DNA from: an uncultured Candidatus Saccharibacteria bacterium
GTDB taxonomy: Bacteria > Patescibacteriota > Doudnabacteria > UBA920
Reading direction: 5' to 3'
Length of the DNA: 49,757 bases
NCBI GenBank assembly: GCA_964453405.1
Contig: CAYVOF010000001.1
Span: forward strand, 67,531-117,287
Shown: positions 26,091 through 33,960 of the stretch, in pieces
Numbering within the stretch: the first letter of the stretch is position 1
Layout: each line of letters begins with the position of its first letter
Program-made: the position numbers and the translations under genes
The notes under the pieces: generated by a model
Seen by the model: the letters and a program-made list of their open reading frames with translations, nothing else
Told to the model about the DNA's origin: nothing
Database searches by the model: none

Positions 26091-27143
26091 ATGGTGTCAA
26101 TCTGTTCAAAACATGGTATAATTAAGGAAATGTATAATGATCGCAGTGAAATAAAAGTAGAAAATTTTAGCAATTTACAAACTAACCAAGACAAACTTGA
26201 GTTTCTAATTTTACTTGCAACTTTGGCACCCTCGGCACATAACACACAGCCTTGGCTTTTTAAAATAAAAGATCAATCAATTTTTATCTCGGCTAATGTC
26301 GATCGAAAACTTCCTTACTCGGATCAACATCATCGTCAGTTGTTTTTAAGTATTGGGGCGGCTATTTCTAATCTTATGCATGCCGCAGATTATTACGGTT
26401 TAAAGTATGAAATACAATATTCCGAACCAGTAACAGACGTAAGTATAGCTGTTATAAGTTTCTTAAGTTTAGAACCGACAAATATAAATATCAAAGGACT
26501 TAGGAGTATTGTTACTAGAAAAACTAACAGACTTCCATTTTTAAATAAGGATATTGATCAAAATATTTTGGATCAATTACAGACTGTTTGTATTTCTGAT
26601 TCCAAAGTTATTTTTATTCAAGATAAAGAAAAACAATTGGAGTTACAAAAAATAATTACTGACTCCGTTGATACAGCTTTTAGTGATAAAAAATTTACTA
26701 ACGAATTATCTCATTGGATAAAACCTAGCTCTTCAAAATACAGAGATGGTATGCCAGGTTATACAATTGGTGTGCCTAAGCTTTTATCATTCCTTCTACC
26801 TTTCATGATAAGAAATTTTAATCTCAGGGGTATGCAAAAAAAGATGCATTTGGATTGGTTAAGAAACTCTTCTGTGTACGGAGCTATTTTAACAAAGGGT
26901 GACTCATCTCGGTCTTGGTTGGATGCAGGAATTTCTTTTGAAAATATTGCATTGTCAGCAGAACAGTTAGATTTAAAAATAGGTATCATTGGTGCACCGA
27001 TTGAGATAGGCGAGTACTATAAAAATATTCAACAGGCATTATCAACTACCGACAGACCTCAAATGTTTTTTCGAATAGGCTATGCAAAAGATATGCCTCA
27101 TTTTAGTCCACGAATTAATTACAAAGAAACTATTATTCACTAA
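26091..27143 (+). CDS. tandem nitroreductase-fold protein (Acg-like FMN oxidoreductase family)
   Basis: LAPSAHNTQPWLF nitroreductase motif. About 350 aa, i.e. double-domain size. The true start may be the internal Met at 26130. Confidence 0.72.
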   Translation: MVSICSKHGIIKEMYNDRSEIKVENFSNLQTNQDKLEFLILLATLAPSAHNTQPWLFKIKDQSIFISANVDRKLPYSDQHHRQLFLSIGAAISNLMHAADYYGLKYEIQYSEPVTDVSIAVISFLSLEPTNINIKGLRSIVTRKTNRLPFLNKDIDQNILDQLQTVCISDSKVIFIQDKEKQLELQKIITDSVDTAFSDKKFTNELSHWIKPSSSKYRDGMPGYTIGVPKLLSFLLPFMIRNFNLRGMQKKMHLDWLRNSSVYGAILTKGDSSRSWLDAGISFENIALSAEQLDLKIGIIGAPIEIGEYYKNIQQALSTTDRPQMFFRIGYAKDMPHFSPRINYKETIIH

Positions 27144-28813
27144 TGGATATTGCTTTTAATGCAGATTTAATTTCGGTTGGGGTATCTGTTGCGGCAGTTA
27201 CTATTTTAGGTTTTATAGTATTTTTTCAAAATACACTAAGTGCCACTAATGTGTTTTTTTTGCTATTTAGTTTGTCTAGTAGCGCTTTAGGTGTTGTGAA
27301 TTACTTAAGCTATCAAATTAACACTTTTTCACTTAGATTGTGGTTAATAAGATTAGTTTTATTTTTCGCGGTTTTCCAATCCCTTAGTCTACTCCTGCTT
27401 TTGTATAATTTTCCCAGTGAAAATTTAAGAATTACGACTAAAAGGTATTACCTTCTTTTAGCCGTATCTTTTATTGTTGCGATCTTTACATTAACCCCGT
27501 TCGTTTTTTCTTCAATTATTTTTCAACCAGGGGTTGTGGCTCAGCCTGTAGTACAGCCTGGTATTATGCTGTTCGGAGTTTTTGCGATTAGTATGGTTTT
27601 AAGCGCGCTCATTACATTAATAATTAAAATACGAAAAGCCAAAGAAGGAGAATCACGCCCTTTGTGGTATCTATTAGCAGGCGTGCTAATAATGTTCTCA
27701 TGTATCATTGTTTTAAACTTTATTTTCCCAACAGTATTCAACAACACAACATTCATCCCATTTAGTGCGGTGTTCACACTACCATTCGTAATATTTACAG
27801 CATACACAATCTTTAAACATCACCTTCTAAATATTAAAGTAATTTCTACCGAAATTCTTGTTTTCGTATTGGCTATAGCTACTTTATTTGAAGTAATTAT
27901 TTCCAAAGAATCTACCGCAATTATTCTCCGCTCCAGTATCTTCCTCTTAGTACTCAGTGTCGGTGTTTTACTCATCCGTAGTGTCATTCGTGAAGTCAAA
28001 CAGCGCGAGCAACTCGAAGTGCTTTCCAAAGAACTCGCGGCAGCCAACGAGCAACTTAAGGCTCTCGACAAAGCGCGTGCGGAATTCATTTCCATCGCCA
28101 GTCATCAATTGCGAACACCACCGGCTACAATCAAGTGGTACCTTGGTGCTGTTCTTAACGGCGACTTTGGCGCATTAACAGAAGATCTAAAAGCCGCCCT
28201 CTTGCGCACCAACGTAACCAACGAATCACAGATCTCGACCATTGACGACCTTCTAAATGCATCCCGTATCGAGCGCGGGAAGCTAGAGTTCTTTTTCCAA
28301 ATGGGCAATTTAGCACCAATGGTCCAAACCTTGATTGATCAGCTAGAACCACTAGCCCAAATGAAGAAGCAACACATCGTTTATACACCGCCCGTAAAGC
28401 CGATCCCAGACATCCTTGTGGATAACGAAAAGGTTCGCCAAGTTGTAAATAACATGGTGGATAATGCTATTAAGTATTCCAAAAAAGGGGATATCTTGGT
28501 TACTCTTGGTTTGGATTCCGATACTAACCCACAAAACGTGGTAGTTAAGGTTAAAGATACCGGAAAAGGCATTGATCCTAGTGAACTCTCCAAACTGTTC
28601 GAAAAGTACTCCAGAGGCAAGGATTCGGCCACTCACGCCACTGGATTGGGCTTAGGCATGTATGTTGCCAAAGTAATAATAGAGCAGCATAACGGCAAAA
28701 TTTGGGCCGAAAGCGAGGGAATAGGCAAGGGGGCGACTTTTGCCTTTAGTCTGCCAATTCATAGCAAAATCGAACCAACTGCCACTGTAGATTTGGCTCA
28801 ATCGGCTGGCTAA
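27143..28813 (+). CDS. membrane sensor histidine kinase (multi-TM N-terminal domain)
   Basis: About 8 TM helices, a coiled coil, H-box FISIASHQLRTP, N-box VDNAIKYS, G1 DTGKGI and G2 GLGLGM. The ATG overlaps the upstream TAA (TAATG). Confidence 0.9.
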   Translation: MDIAFNADLISVGVSVAAVTILGFIVFFQNTLSATNVFFLLFSLSSSALGVVNYLSYQINTFSLRLWLIRLVLFFAVFQSLSLLLLLYNFPSENLRITTKRYYLLLAVSFIVAIFTLTPFVFSSIIFQPGVVAQPVVQPGIMLFGVFAISMVLSALITLIIKIRKAKEGESRPLWYLLAGVLIMFSCIIVLNFIFPTVFNNTTFIPFSAVFTLPFVIFTAYTIFKHHLLNIKVISTEILVFVLAIATLFEVIISKESTAIILRSSIFLLVLSVGVLLIRSVIREVKQREQLEVLSKELAAANEQLKALDKARAEFISIASHQLRTPPATIKWYLGAVLNGDFGALTEDLKAALLRTNVTNESQISTIDDLLNASRIERGKLEFFFQMGNLAPMVQTLIDQLEPLAQMKKQHIVYTPPVKPIPDILVDNEKVRQVVNNMVDNAIKYSKKGDILVTLGLDSDTNPQNVVVKVKDTGKGIDPSELSKLFEKYSRGKDSATHATGLGLGMYVAKVIIEQHNGKIWAESEGIGKGATFAFSLPIHSKIEPTATVDLAQSAG

Positions 28814-28827
28814 TTATTCTCTAATTT

Positions 28828-28856
28828 TTGAAAAATTGGCTAGTTTCTGCTATAAT
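28828..28856 (+). promoter_or_regulatory. promoter (TTGAAA-17-TGCTATAAT)
   Basis: TTGAAA 28828-28833 and extended -10 TGCTATAAT 28848-28856. An ATG lies 6 nt downstream of the -10. Confidence 0.55.
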
Positions 28857-28862
28857 ACATTT

Positions 28863-28979
28863 ATGACAATTTCTCGTTGCTATTCAGCAGTGATGTCTCA
28901 AAAACCAATAACAAAAAATCACAGAACCAATCAAGCATCAGTTGCAATCTTGAATAGTTTTATTTACGGCGAACAATAG
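28863..28979 (+). CDS. possible leaderless 38-aa mini-ORF / leader peptide (MTISRCYSAVMSQKPITKNHRTNQASVAILNSFIYGEQ)
   Basis: The ATG sits at the predicted transcription start of the 28828-28856 promoter, and the stop codon is embedded in a terminator-like hairpin. No homology recognised. Confidence 0.25.
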   Translation: MTISRCYSAVMSQKPITKNHRTNQASVAILNSFIYGEQ

Positions 28980-28998
28980 ATATTTTTCTATTGTTTTT
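28972..28998 (+). terminator. terminator/attenuator hairpin
   Basis: Perfect 9-bp stem AACAATAGA / TCTATTGTT with a 6-nt loop, followed by TTTATTT. Confidence 0.45.
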
Positions 28999-29093
28999 AT
29001 TTATGTTAATTTTCCGGCAAGGTCGATTACCGGAGGCTAAAAAATTCGCATCACATCTTTAATAGATGTTATGCACGAAAGGAACAAATAATA

Positions 29094-29783
29094 ATGAATT
29101 ATTACAACGATTATCCTACAGTTGTCCAAGACTCTGTATACAACTTGTACGACCGGGTAATTCAGTTTTTACCAAACATTCTAGCTGCAGTGATTGTTTT
29201 ATTACTTGGTTGGATTATTGGTATCTTCTTAGGTAACGTCCTACGAAGAGCGTTAGTGTCTGTCGGTATCGATGGACTTGGTGATCAATTAGGTCTTAAG
29301 CGTTTATCAGAACGAAGCGGCCGCAATATCAGAGTTTCTGGTATTGTGCAGTGGATAGTAAAATGGTTCTTTATCTTAGCTAGCATTATCGCAGCTGCAG
29401 ATATCTTAGGACTATCAAATATCACTAACTTCTTCTACTCTGATGTATTTGCCTATGCTGGCCATGTAATCATTGCAATGGTGATTATCTTACTTGGTAT
29501 TATTGCTGCTAACTTTTTGGGCGATGTTATCAAGGGTACAGTTAAAGCTGGTGGTTTTGAAGCCGGTAACATGCTTGGTTCTCTAACTCGCTGGGCTATC
29601 ATCATCTTTACTGTGATCGCTGCGCTATCTGAATTGCAAATCGCACAAGCGTTTTTGCTTGACCTGTTCCGTGCTGTAATCGCTATGATAGCAGTTGCTG
29701 GCGGTTTGGCATTTGGCCTCGGAGGTAAAGACCATGCTAAAAAAGTGCTCGACTACGTTGAAGACGGTATCAAGAAAAACTAG
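29094..29783 (+). CDS. membrane protein with conserved-TM-helix repeats (mechanosensitive-channel-associated TM_helix type)
   Basis: VIQFLPNILAAVIVLLLGWIIGIFLGNVLRRAL-type repeats and 5-6 TM helices. SD-like GAAAGGAAC upstream. Confidence 0.6.
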   Translation: MNYYNDYPTVVQDSVYNLYDRVIQFLPNILAAVIVLLLGWIIGIFLGNVLRRALVSVGIDGLGDQLGLKRLSERSGRNIRVSGIVQWIVKWFFILASIIAAADILGLSNITNFFYSDVFAYAGHVIIAMVIILLGIIAANFLGDVIKGTVKAGGFEAGNMLGSLTRWAIIIFTVIAALSELQIAQAFLLDLFRAVIAMIAVAGGLAFGLGGKDHAKKVLDYVEDGIKKN

Positions 29784-29824
29784 CCAGAAAAACTAGTAGA
29801 GTTTAAAATAAAAACAAATCAAAA

Positions 29825-29848
29825 GCCGCTCCTTTCGGAGCGGCTTTT
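29825..29848 (+). terminator. rho-independent terminator
   Basis: GCCGCTCC-TTTC-GGAGCGGC followed by TTTT. Confidence 0.8.
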
Positions 29849-29928
29849 ATCTGCGCATAAGTAGTTAATACTTTGCATCCCCGTCAATATTTTTATGATA
29901 GCATATCTCAAGACTTAGTCAAGATTCA

Positions 29929-30004
29929 TGGTGGACCTGCGGGGACTTGCACCCCGATCCTATCCTTGACGGGGGTTCGCATTTACTACTTATGCTACAG
30001 GCCC
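29929..30004 (-). tRNA. 76-nt tRNA-like element with encoded CCA but a non-pairing anticodon arm (degenerate or atypical tRNA)
   Basis: Minus-strand sequence: GGGCCTG-TA-GCAT-AAGTAGTAA-ATGC-G-AACCC-CCGTCAA-GGATA-GGAT-CGGGG-TGCAAGT-CCCCG-CAGGTCC-A-CCA. The acceptor (7 bp, one G-U), D stem (4 bp) and T stem (5 bp) pair well. The anticodon stem pairs at only 3 of 5 positions. The D-loop has no GG and the T-loop is TGC rather than TTC. Confidence 0.45.
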
Positions 30005-30115
30005 ACGTAAATTCAGCTTAACAAAAGGGTAATGAAGCCCTCATCAAGATTTCCTCAAAGTGGGATAAAGTTGAAATAATTTCTGTGGGCAAGTTCATTT
30101 TTAATTCAACAAAAA

Positions 30116-30124
30116 TGCTATAAT
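30116..30124 (+). promoter_or_regulatory. extended -10 (TGCTATAAT) 6 nt upstream of the mltG ATG
   Basis: TGCTATAAT at 30116-30124 and ATG at 30131. This implies a leaderless or near-leaderless mRNA. Confidence 0.5.
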
Positions 30125-30130
30125 ACCAAT

Positions 30131-31021
30131 ATGTTAAGAAAGTATTTCCCGTTTATAATATTGATTTTAATGATTTTAGCTCTACTTGGTTTGTGGGGGC
30201 TGTTTCAAAATTATCGAGCAGAACAAGCACGCCGCACAGCTAAATTGCAAGAAAAAGCTGCCGAAACAAAAGTCACAATTATCGAAGGTTGGACTGTTGT
30301 AGAAATCGCCGAAAAGTTAGAGCAAACTGGAATGTTTTCAAAGCAAAAATTTTTAGACGCAGTAAGGGATTTTGACTATACCAATTATCCATTAATTGAT
30401 AAGCCCAATAAAACTACTTTAGAAGGCTATTTATTCCCAGACACTTATCGTTTTGAAAAAGATGCTACTCCGGATCAGGTCATAGAAAAATTACTTGAGA
30501 ACTTTACTAAACGAATGTCATCAATAGGTGTGACAATTAATGAATCACAGTTTACAGTAGACGGATATGAAAATGTTAAACCTAGTGGTGGCGATGGTAA
30601 GACTGGAGTGTCTTTGTACGATGTGCTGACTCTGGCTTCTATAATCGAAAAAGAAAGCGGAGGGCAGGGCACTGCAGGTGGTGGTGCGTTATCGTTGCAA
30701 GATGAACGCAATTTAGTGGCAGGCGTGTTTTATAACCGTTTATCAATTGGTCAGGCGTTGGAAAGCGACGCTACCATTAATTACATTACAGGAAAAAACA
30801 ATCCGGCTCCGCTACTAAAAGATTTAGCAGTAAATTCGCCTTATAATACTTATAAATACGCGGGATTGCCACCAGGTCCAATTTGTAATCCATCCTTAGG
30901 AAGCATTGAGGCAGCGCTTCATCCTACAAAATCTGACTATTTTTACTTTTTACATAAACAACCATCTGGCGAAGTAGTCTTTAGTAAAACTTTTGCCGAA
31001 CATGTTAAGCAGAAAGAATAA
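30131..31021 (+). CDS. mltG: endolytic murein transglycosylase MltG (YceG-like)
   Basis: N-terminal TM helix, EGYLFPDTYRF, LASIIEKE, YNTYKYAGLPPGPICNPS. Confidence 0.9.
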   Translation: MLRKYFPFIILILMILALLGLWGLFQNYRAEQARRTAKLQEKAAETKVTIIEGWTVVEIAEKLEQTGMFSKQKFLDAVRDFDYTNYPLIDKPNKTTLEGYLFPDTYRFEKDATPDQVIEKLLENFTKRMSSIGVTINESQFTVDGYENVKPSGGDGKTGVSLYDVLTLASIIEKESGGQGTAGGGALSLQDERNLVAGVFYNRLSIGQALESDATINYITGKNNPAPLLKDLAVNSPYNTYKYAGLPPGPICNPSLGSIEAALHPTKSDYFYFLHKQPSGEVVFSKTFAEHVKQKE

Positions 31022-31043
31022 AACCGCAAATATCTTGCGGTTT
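31021..31043. terminator. bidirectional terminator between mltG and fmt
   Basis: CCGCAA-ATATC-TTGCGG with flanking A-run and T-run. Confidence 0.6.
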
Positions 31044-31918
31044 TATTTTAATTTACTTATATCAAAAGCTGGATAGCCGTTTTTAAAATCTTTTATACTA
31101 GTTGGATTTTTTCCTTCTAGTTGGACTGTAATTAGTTCGAGAGTGGATTTATCTTCGGATAATTTGCAGTTTAAAATTTTTAGTTTTTTGTCTTGCCATG
31201 TTGTGTAGACTCCTGGCCAGGGCTGATAGGCGCGGAACTGATTGTAAATTTGTTGTGCGGGTTTGCTCCAGTCTATGAGGCCATCTTCTTTGCTAATCAT
31301 TTTAGCCGAAGTTGCATGGCTATGGTCTTGTTCTTGCGGCGTGATTTGCCCAGCTTGGTATTTAGGAAGTGTATCCAATAGAAGGTCAGAAGAAATTGCG
31401 GCAAGCTTGGATTGTAAAGTAATGTTCGTGTCATCTGGATCAATCGCAACTTCTTGTGTAGTTAAAATTGGTCCGTGGTCCACTGCTTCGTCGAGAATAA
31501 AAATCGTTGCGCCTGTGCTAGTGTCCCCGTTAAGTATGGAAGACTGAACCGGACTTGGGCCGCGGTACTTTGGTAGCAAAGAAAAATGAACATTCACAGT
31601 TTTGAGTGGGGGAATGTCGAGTAACACAGTAGGCAAAATTTTGCCATAAGAAACCACAACAAAAATATCAACCGAATGATCGGTGGCTAACTTTTGCAAT
31701 TCAGATAAAAATTCCGGATTATTTTTTACCTTCTCAGGTTTTAAAACCGGAATGTTATGTTTAGCAGCGAGGTCGGCAATTGGAGTCGCAGTTAAAACTT
31801 GCTTACGACCAACAGGGCGGTCGGGCGAAGTAACAACGTTAATTACTTCATGGTTTGCCAACAATGCTTCTAGAATTGGCAAGCCGATTTCTGATGTTCC
31901 AAAAACAACTATTTTCAT
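31043..31918 (-). CDS. fmt: methionyl-tRNA formyltransferase
   Basis: MKIVVFGTSEIGLPILEAL..., VNVHFSLLPKYRGPSPVQ (formyltransferase HxSLLP motif). ATG at 31918 preferred over the track start at 31927. Confidence 0.9.
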   Translation of the reverse strand: MKIVVFGTSEIGLPILEALLANHEVINVVTSPDRPVGRKQVLTATPIADLAAKHNIPVLKPEKVKNNPEFLSELQKLATDHSVDIFVVVSYGKILPTVLLDIPPLKTVNVHFSLLPKYRGPSPVQSSILNGDTSTGATIFILDEAVDHGPILTTQEVAIDPDDTNITLQSKLAAISSDLLLDTLPKYQAGQITPQEQDHSHATSAKMISKEDGLIDWSKPAQQIYNQFRAYQPWPGVYTTWQDKKLKILNCKLSEDKSTLELITVQLEGKNPTSIKDFKNGYPAFDISKLK

Positions 31919-31953
31919 AAATAACAAACTTGGCGGGATGCGCCAATAAATAA

Positions 31954-32517
31954 TTAAACTTTAAAAGCTTTAACAAGCTTGCGTAGCACCTCGGCTTCCA
32001 AACGGCAGTCAGCCAAAGCTGTGTGACGATTGCTCGGCACTTTTATTTTAAAATGATTGGCAATGTCGTTGAGAGAAAAACCAGAAAAACGTTTTTTGTT
32101 TACTAGTAATTTCTTTTTGGCCATGTAGGTATAGCATAGAGGCCAAACATCAAAAACATGGTAATCATAAGGATATTGTTTACCAATTTTTTTGTAAGCT
32201 ACGCGCAGCATGGCTGTATCCATGATTGTTCCATATGGCGCTAAAATAACATTCGTTCCAAACTTTTTTTGGAAGGTGTTGATCACTGTTCTCAAAGATG
32301 GGGCTTTAGCTAAGTCTTCCCAAGTAATTTTATTAACAGCCATGGCTTCTGGATCGCGATTGCGCCAGTGTTCAGGTTTAATAAAGGAGCGAAAATGCTT
32401 TTTTTCTTTGAGAGTTTTTTTATCGAGCAAAACTCCGGCTAATTCAATGAGGTCATTTTTTTGGTAATCCAAGCCAGTGGATTCAACGTCGATTATGAGA
32501 ATGTCTTTATGAAACAT
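31954..32517 (-). CDS. DEDDh 3'-5' exonuclease (DnaQ-like)
   Basis: Exo I IIDVESTG, Exo II GTIMDTAML, Exo III HTALADC. Confidence 0.8.
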   Translation of the reverse strand: MFHKDILIIDVESTGLDYQKNDLIELAGVLLDKKTLKEKKHFRSFIKPEHWRNRDPEAMAVNKITWEDLAKAPSLRTVINTFQKKFGTNVILAPYGTIMDTAMLRVAYKKIGKQYPYDYHVFDVWPLCYTYMAKKKLLVNKKRFSGFSLNDIANHFKIKVPSNRHTALADCRLEAEVLRKLVKAFKV

Positions 32518-32551
32518 AGTTAAATAGTTAATTGCGGCGGGGCTATATAAA

Positions 32552-33085
32552 TTAGCCGTTTAAAATCTTTTTAAAAACTTCGGCAGTAAGACGGGCTTTG
32601 GCTAAGGCATCATTAGCGCGGCTCAACTTGAGATTAAAATGTGTAGCCATGGTCTGCAAAGTAGGAATTTTTTTAATACCATAGTGCATGATGTAAATAT
32701 AACTCAATGACCAAACGTCTAATAAATGCTTGTCGTAATCAAACGGGGTCATAGTTTTTTTAAAAGCCTGTTTTAAAAATAAATAGTTTGGTACAGACTG
32801 CGACGCGAGCAATGGTTCATATCCAAAAGCGGAAACAAAATTTTTAATGGTTTCGGTTAATTTTGGACTTTTGCGCAGTTGATCAAAAGTGATTCCTAAA
32901 TGGTCGGCATGAGCTTGCACTGTTCCGTCTAAAAAGCTGACCTTTACGTAACTGTTAAAAAAGTTTTTTTCGAGCAAGCTATCTTTATCGAGCAAGATCG
33001 CGGACAACTGAATAATATGATCCCGTTCGAGATCGGGACCAGTGGTTTCTATTTGAAAAATTAAAATATCTTTAATGAGCTTCAT
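32552..33085 (-). CDS. DnaQ-like exonuclease-fold paralog with substituted catalytic residues
   Basis: Same fold pattern, but Exo I is FQIETTG (Asp to Gln) and Exo III is NDALAKA (His to Asn, Asp to Lys). Confidence 0.6.
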   Translation of the reverse strand: MKLIKDILIFQIETTGPDLERDHIIQLSAILLDKDSLLEKNFFNSYVKVSFLDGTVQAHADHLGITFDQLRKSPKLTETIKNFVSAFGYEPLLASQSVPNYLFLKQAFKKTMTPFDYDKHLLDVWSLSYIYIMHYGIKKIPTLQTMATHFNLKLSRANDALAKARLTAEVFKKILNG

Positions 33086-33098
33086 AGTTGACGATTGC

Positions 33099-33611
33099 TT
33101 ACTTTTTTAACTTTAAATTTTCTAAACCGTAATTTTTTAACAACTGTTGGCCGCTAGTAATTTCGGTAAACTTGTCAGCTATCAAAGTTTGATTTAAGTG
33201 ATCTATTTCATGTTGAAGTACGCGCGCTAAAAACGTGTCATCAGTAATTTCAAATTTTTTACCTTCTAAATTATAGGCTTCCATGGTAATTTTTTTTGGT
33301 CGAACTACTTTGCCAAACACATTTGGTAAAGACAAACAGCCTTCTTCCATTTCATCGGTTTCTTTGGAAACTTTTATGATCTTTGGATTGATGATAGGGA
33401 ACACTGGCAAACCCATTTCTTCTAAGTAAATAATTGCCAGCTGCAAGTTTTGACCTATTTGCGGCGCAGCTAAACCGACTCCGTTAGCAGTTTTACAAGT
33501 AGACACCATGTTTTTGAGCAACTTTAACAATTGCTTGTCAGCTGGAAAGGGGACAGGCTCTGTTTTGGTGCGCAAAATTTTTGCTGGTAATTTAGAAATC
33601 GGTAAGATCAT
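33099..33611 (-). CDS. def: peptide deformylase
   Basis: GVGLAAPQIG, EGCLS and HEIDH motifs. Confidence 0.95.
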   Translation of the reverse strand: MILPISKLPAKILRTKTEPVPFPADKQLLKLLKNMVSTCKTANGVGLAAPQIGQNLQLAIIYLEEMGLPVFPIINPKIIKVSKETDEMEEGCLSLPNVFGKVVRPKKITMEAYNLEGKKFEITDDTFLARVLQHEIDHLNQTLIADKFTEITSGQQLLKNYGLENLKLKK

Positions 33612-33619
33612 AAATATAT

Positions 33620-33910
33620 TTATTTGACCGCGTTGGCAGCATCTTTATTTTCTTGATTATGTTTTTTAATTAGATAAGCAAACAGACGGCCCTTGTTATC
33701 GACTTTTGGGTTTTCTAATACTTGTCCGGCCAAGCCGCGTAGCACTGCTGGAGACATTGTCGAAGCCATTTTTAAATAAAACCCAAAGTGCTTAGGGTCA
33801 GACAATTGTGTAGCTAATTCGTCAGCTAAAACATGGGCTGCAGAGTGTAGCTTGGGGTCTCGTTTAGTAGGAAATTTTTTGCTGCTAGCAAGACTTTTGA
33901 GGGAATCCAT
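33620..33910 (-). CDS. hypothetical protein (96 aa)
   Basis: ORF in an operon with def. A TATAAT box lies 6 nt upstream of its ATG. No family recognised. Confidence 0.5.
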   Translation of the reverse strand: MDSLKSLASSKKFPTKRDPKLHSAAHVLADELATQLSDPKHFGFYLKMASTMSPAVLRGLAGQVLENPKVDNKGRLFAYLIKKHNQENKDAANAVK

Positions 33911-33916
33911 ACCTGT

Positions 33917-33953
33917 ATTATACCTAGAATTTTTGCTTATTTCTAGGTATAAT
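33917..33953. promoter_or_regulatory. symmetric divergent promoter: perfect 13-bp inverted repeat carrying two back-to-back TATAAT boxes
   Basis: ATTATACCTAGAA (33917-33929) and TTCTAGGTATAAT (33941-33953) are exact reverse complements separated by 11 nt. Each TATAAT lies 6-7 nt from an ATG (33910 minus strand, 33961 plus strand). Confidence 0.55.
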
Positions 33954-33960
33954 TTGGAAT

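Noticed and set aside
27541-28636. A stack of minus-strand ORFs (27541..27807, 27820..28095, 28105..28308, 28155..28388, 28352..28636, 28381..28632) and the plus-strand ORF 27957..28178, all within the histidine-kinase gene.
   Set aside because: They overlap a CDS with unmistakable HisKA/HATPase motifs, have no start signals and have low-complexity or odd composition. They are shadow ORFs. The same applies to other antisense or overlapping track ORFs (for example 548..787, 618..845, 832..1017, 5418..5657, 5581..5793, 5794..6057, 6165..6350, 14872..15222, 23416..23673, 31263..31547, 47075..47371, 48627..48896).
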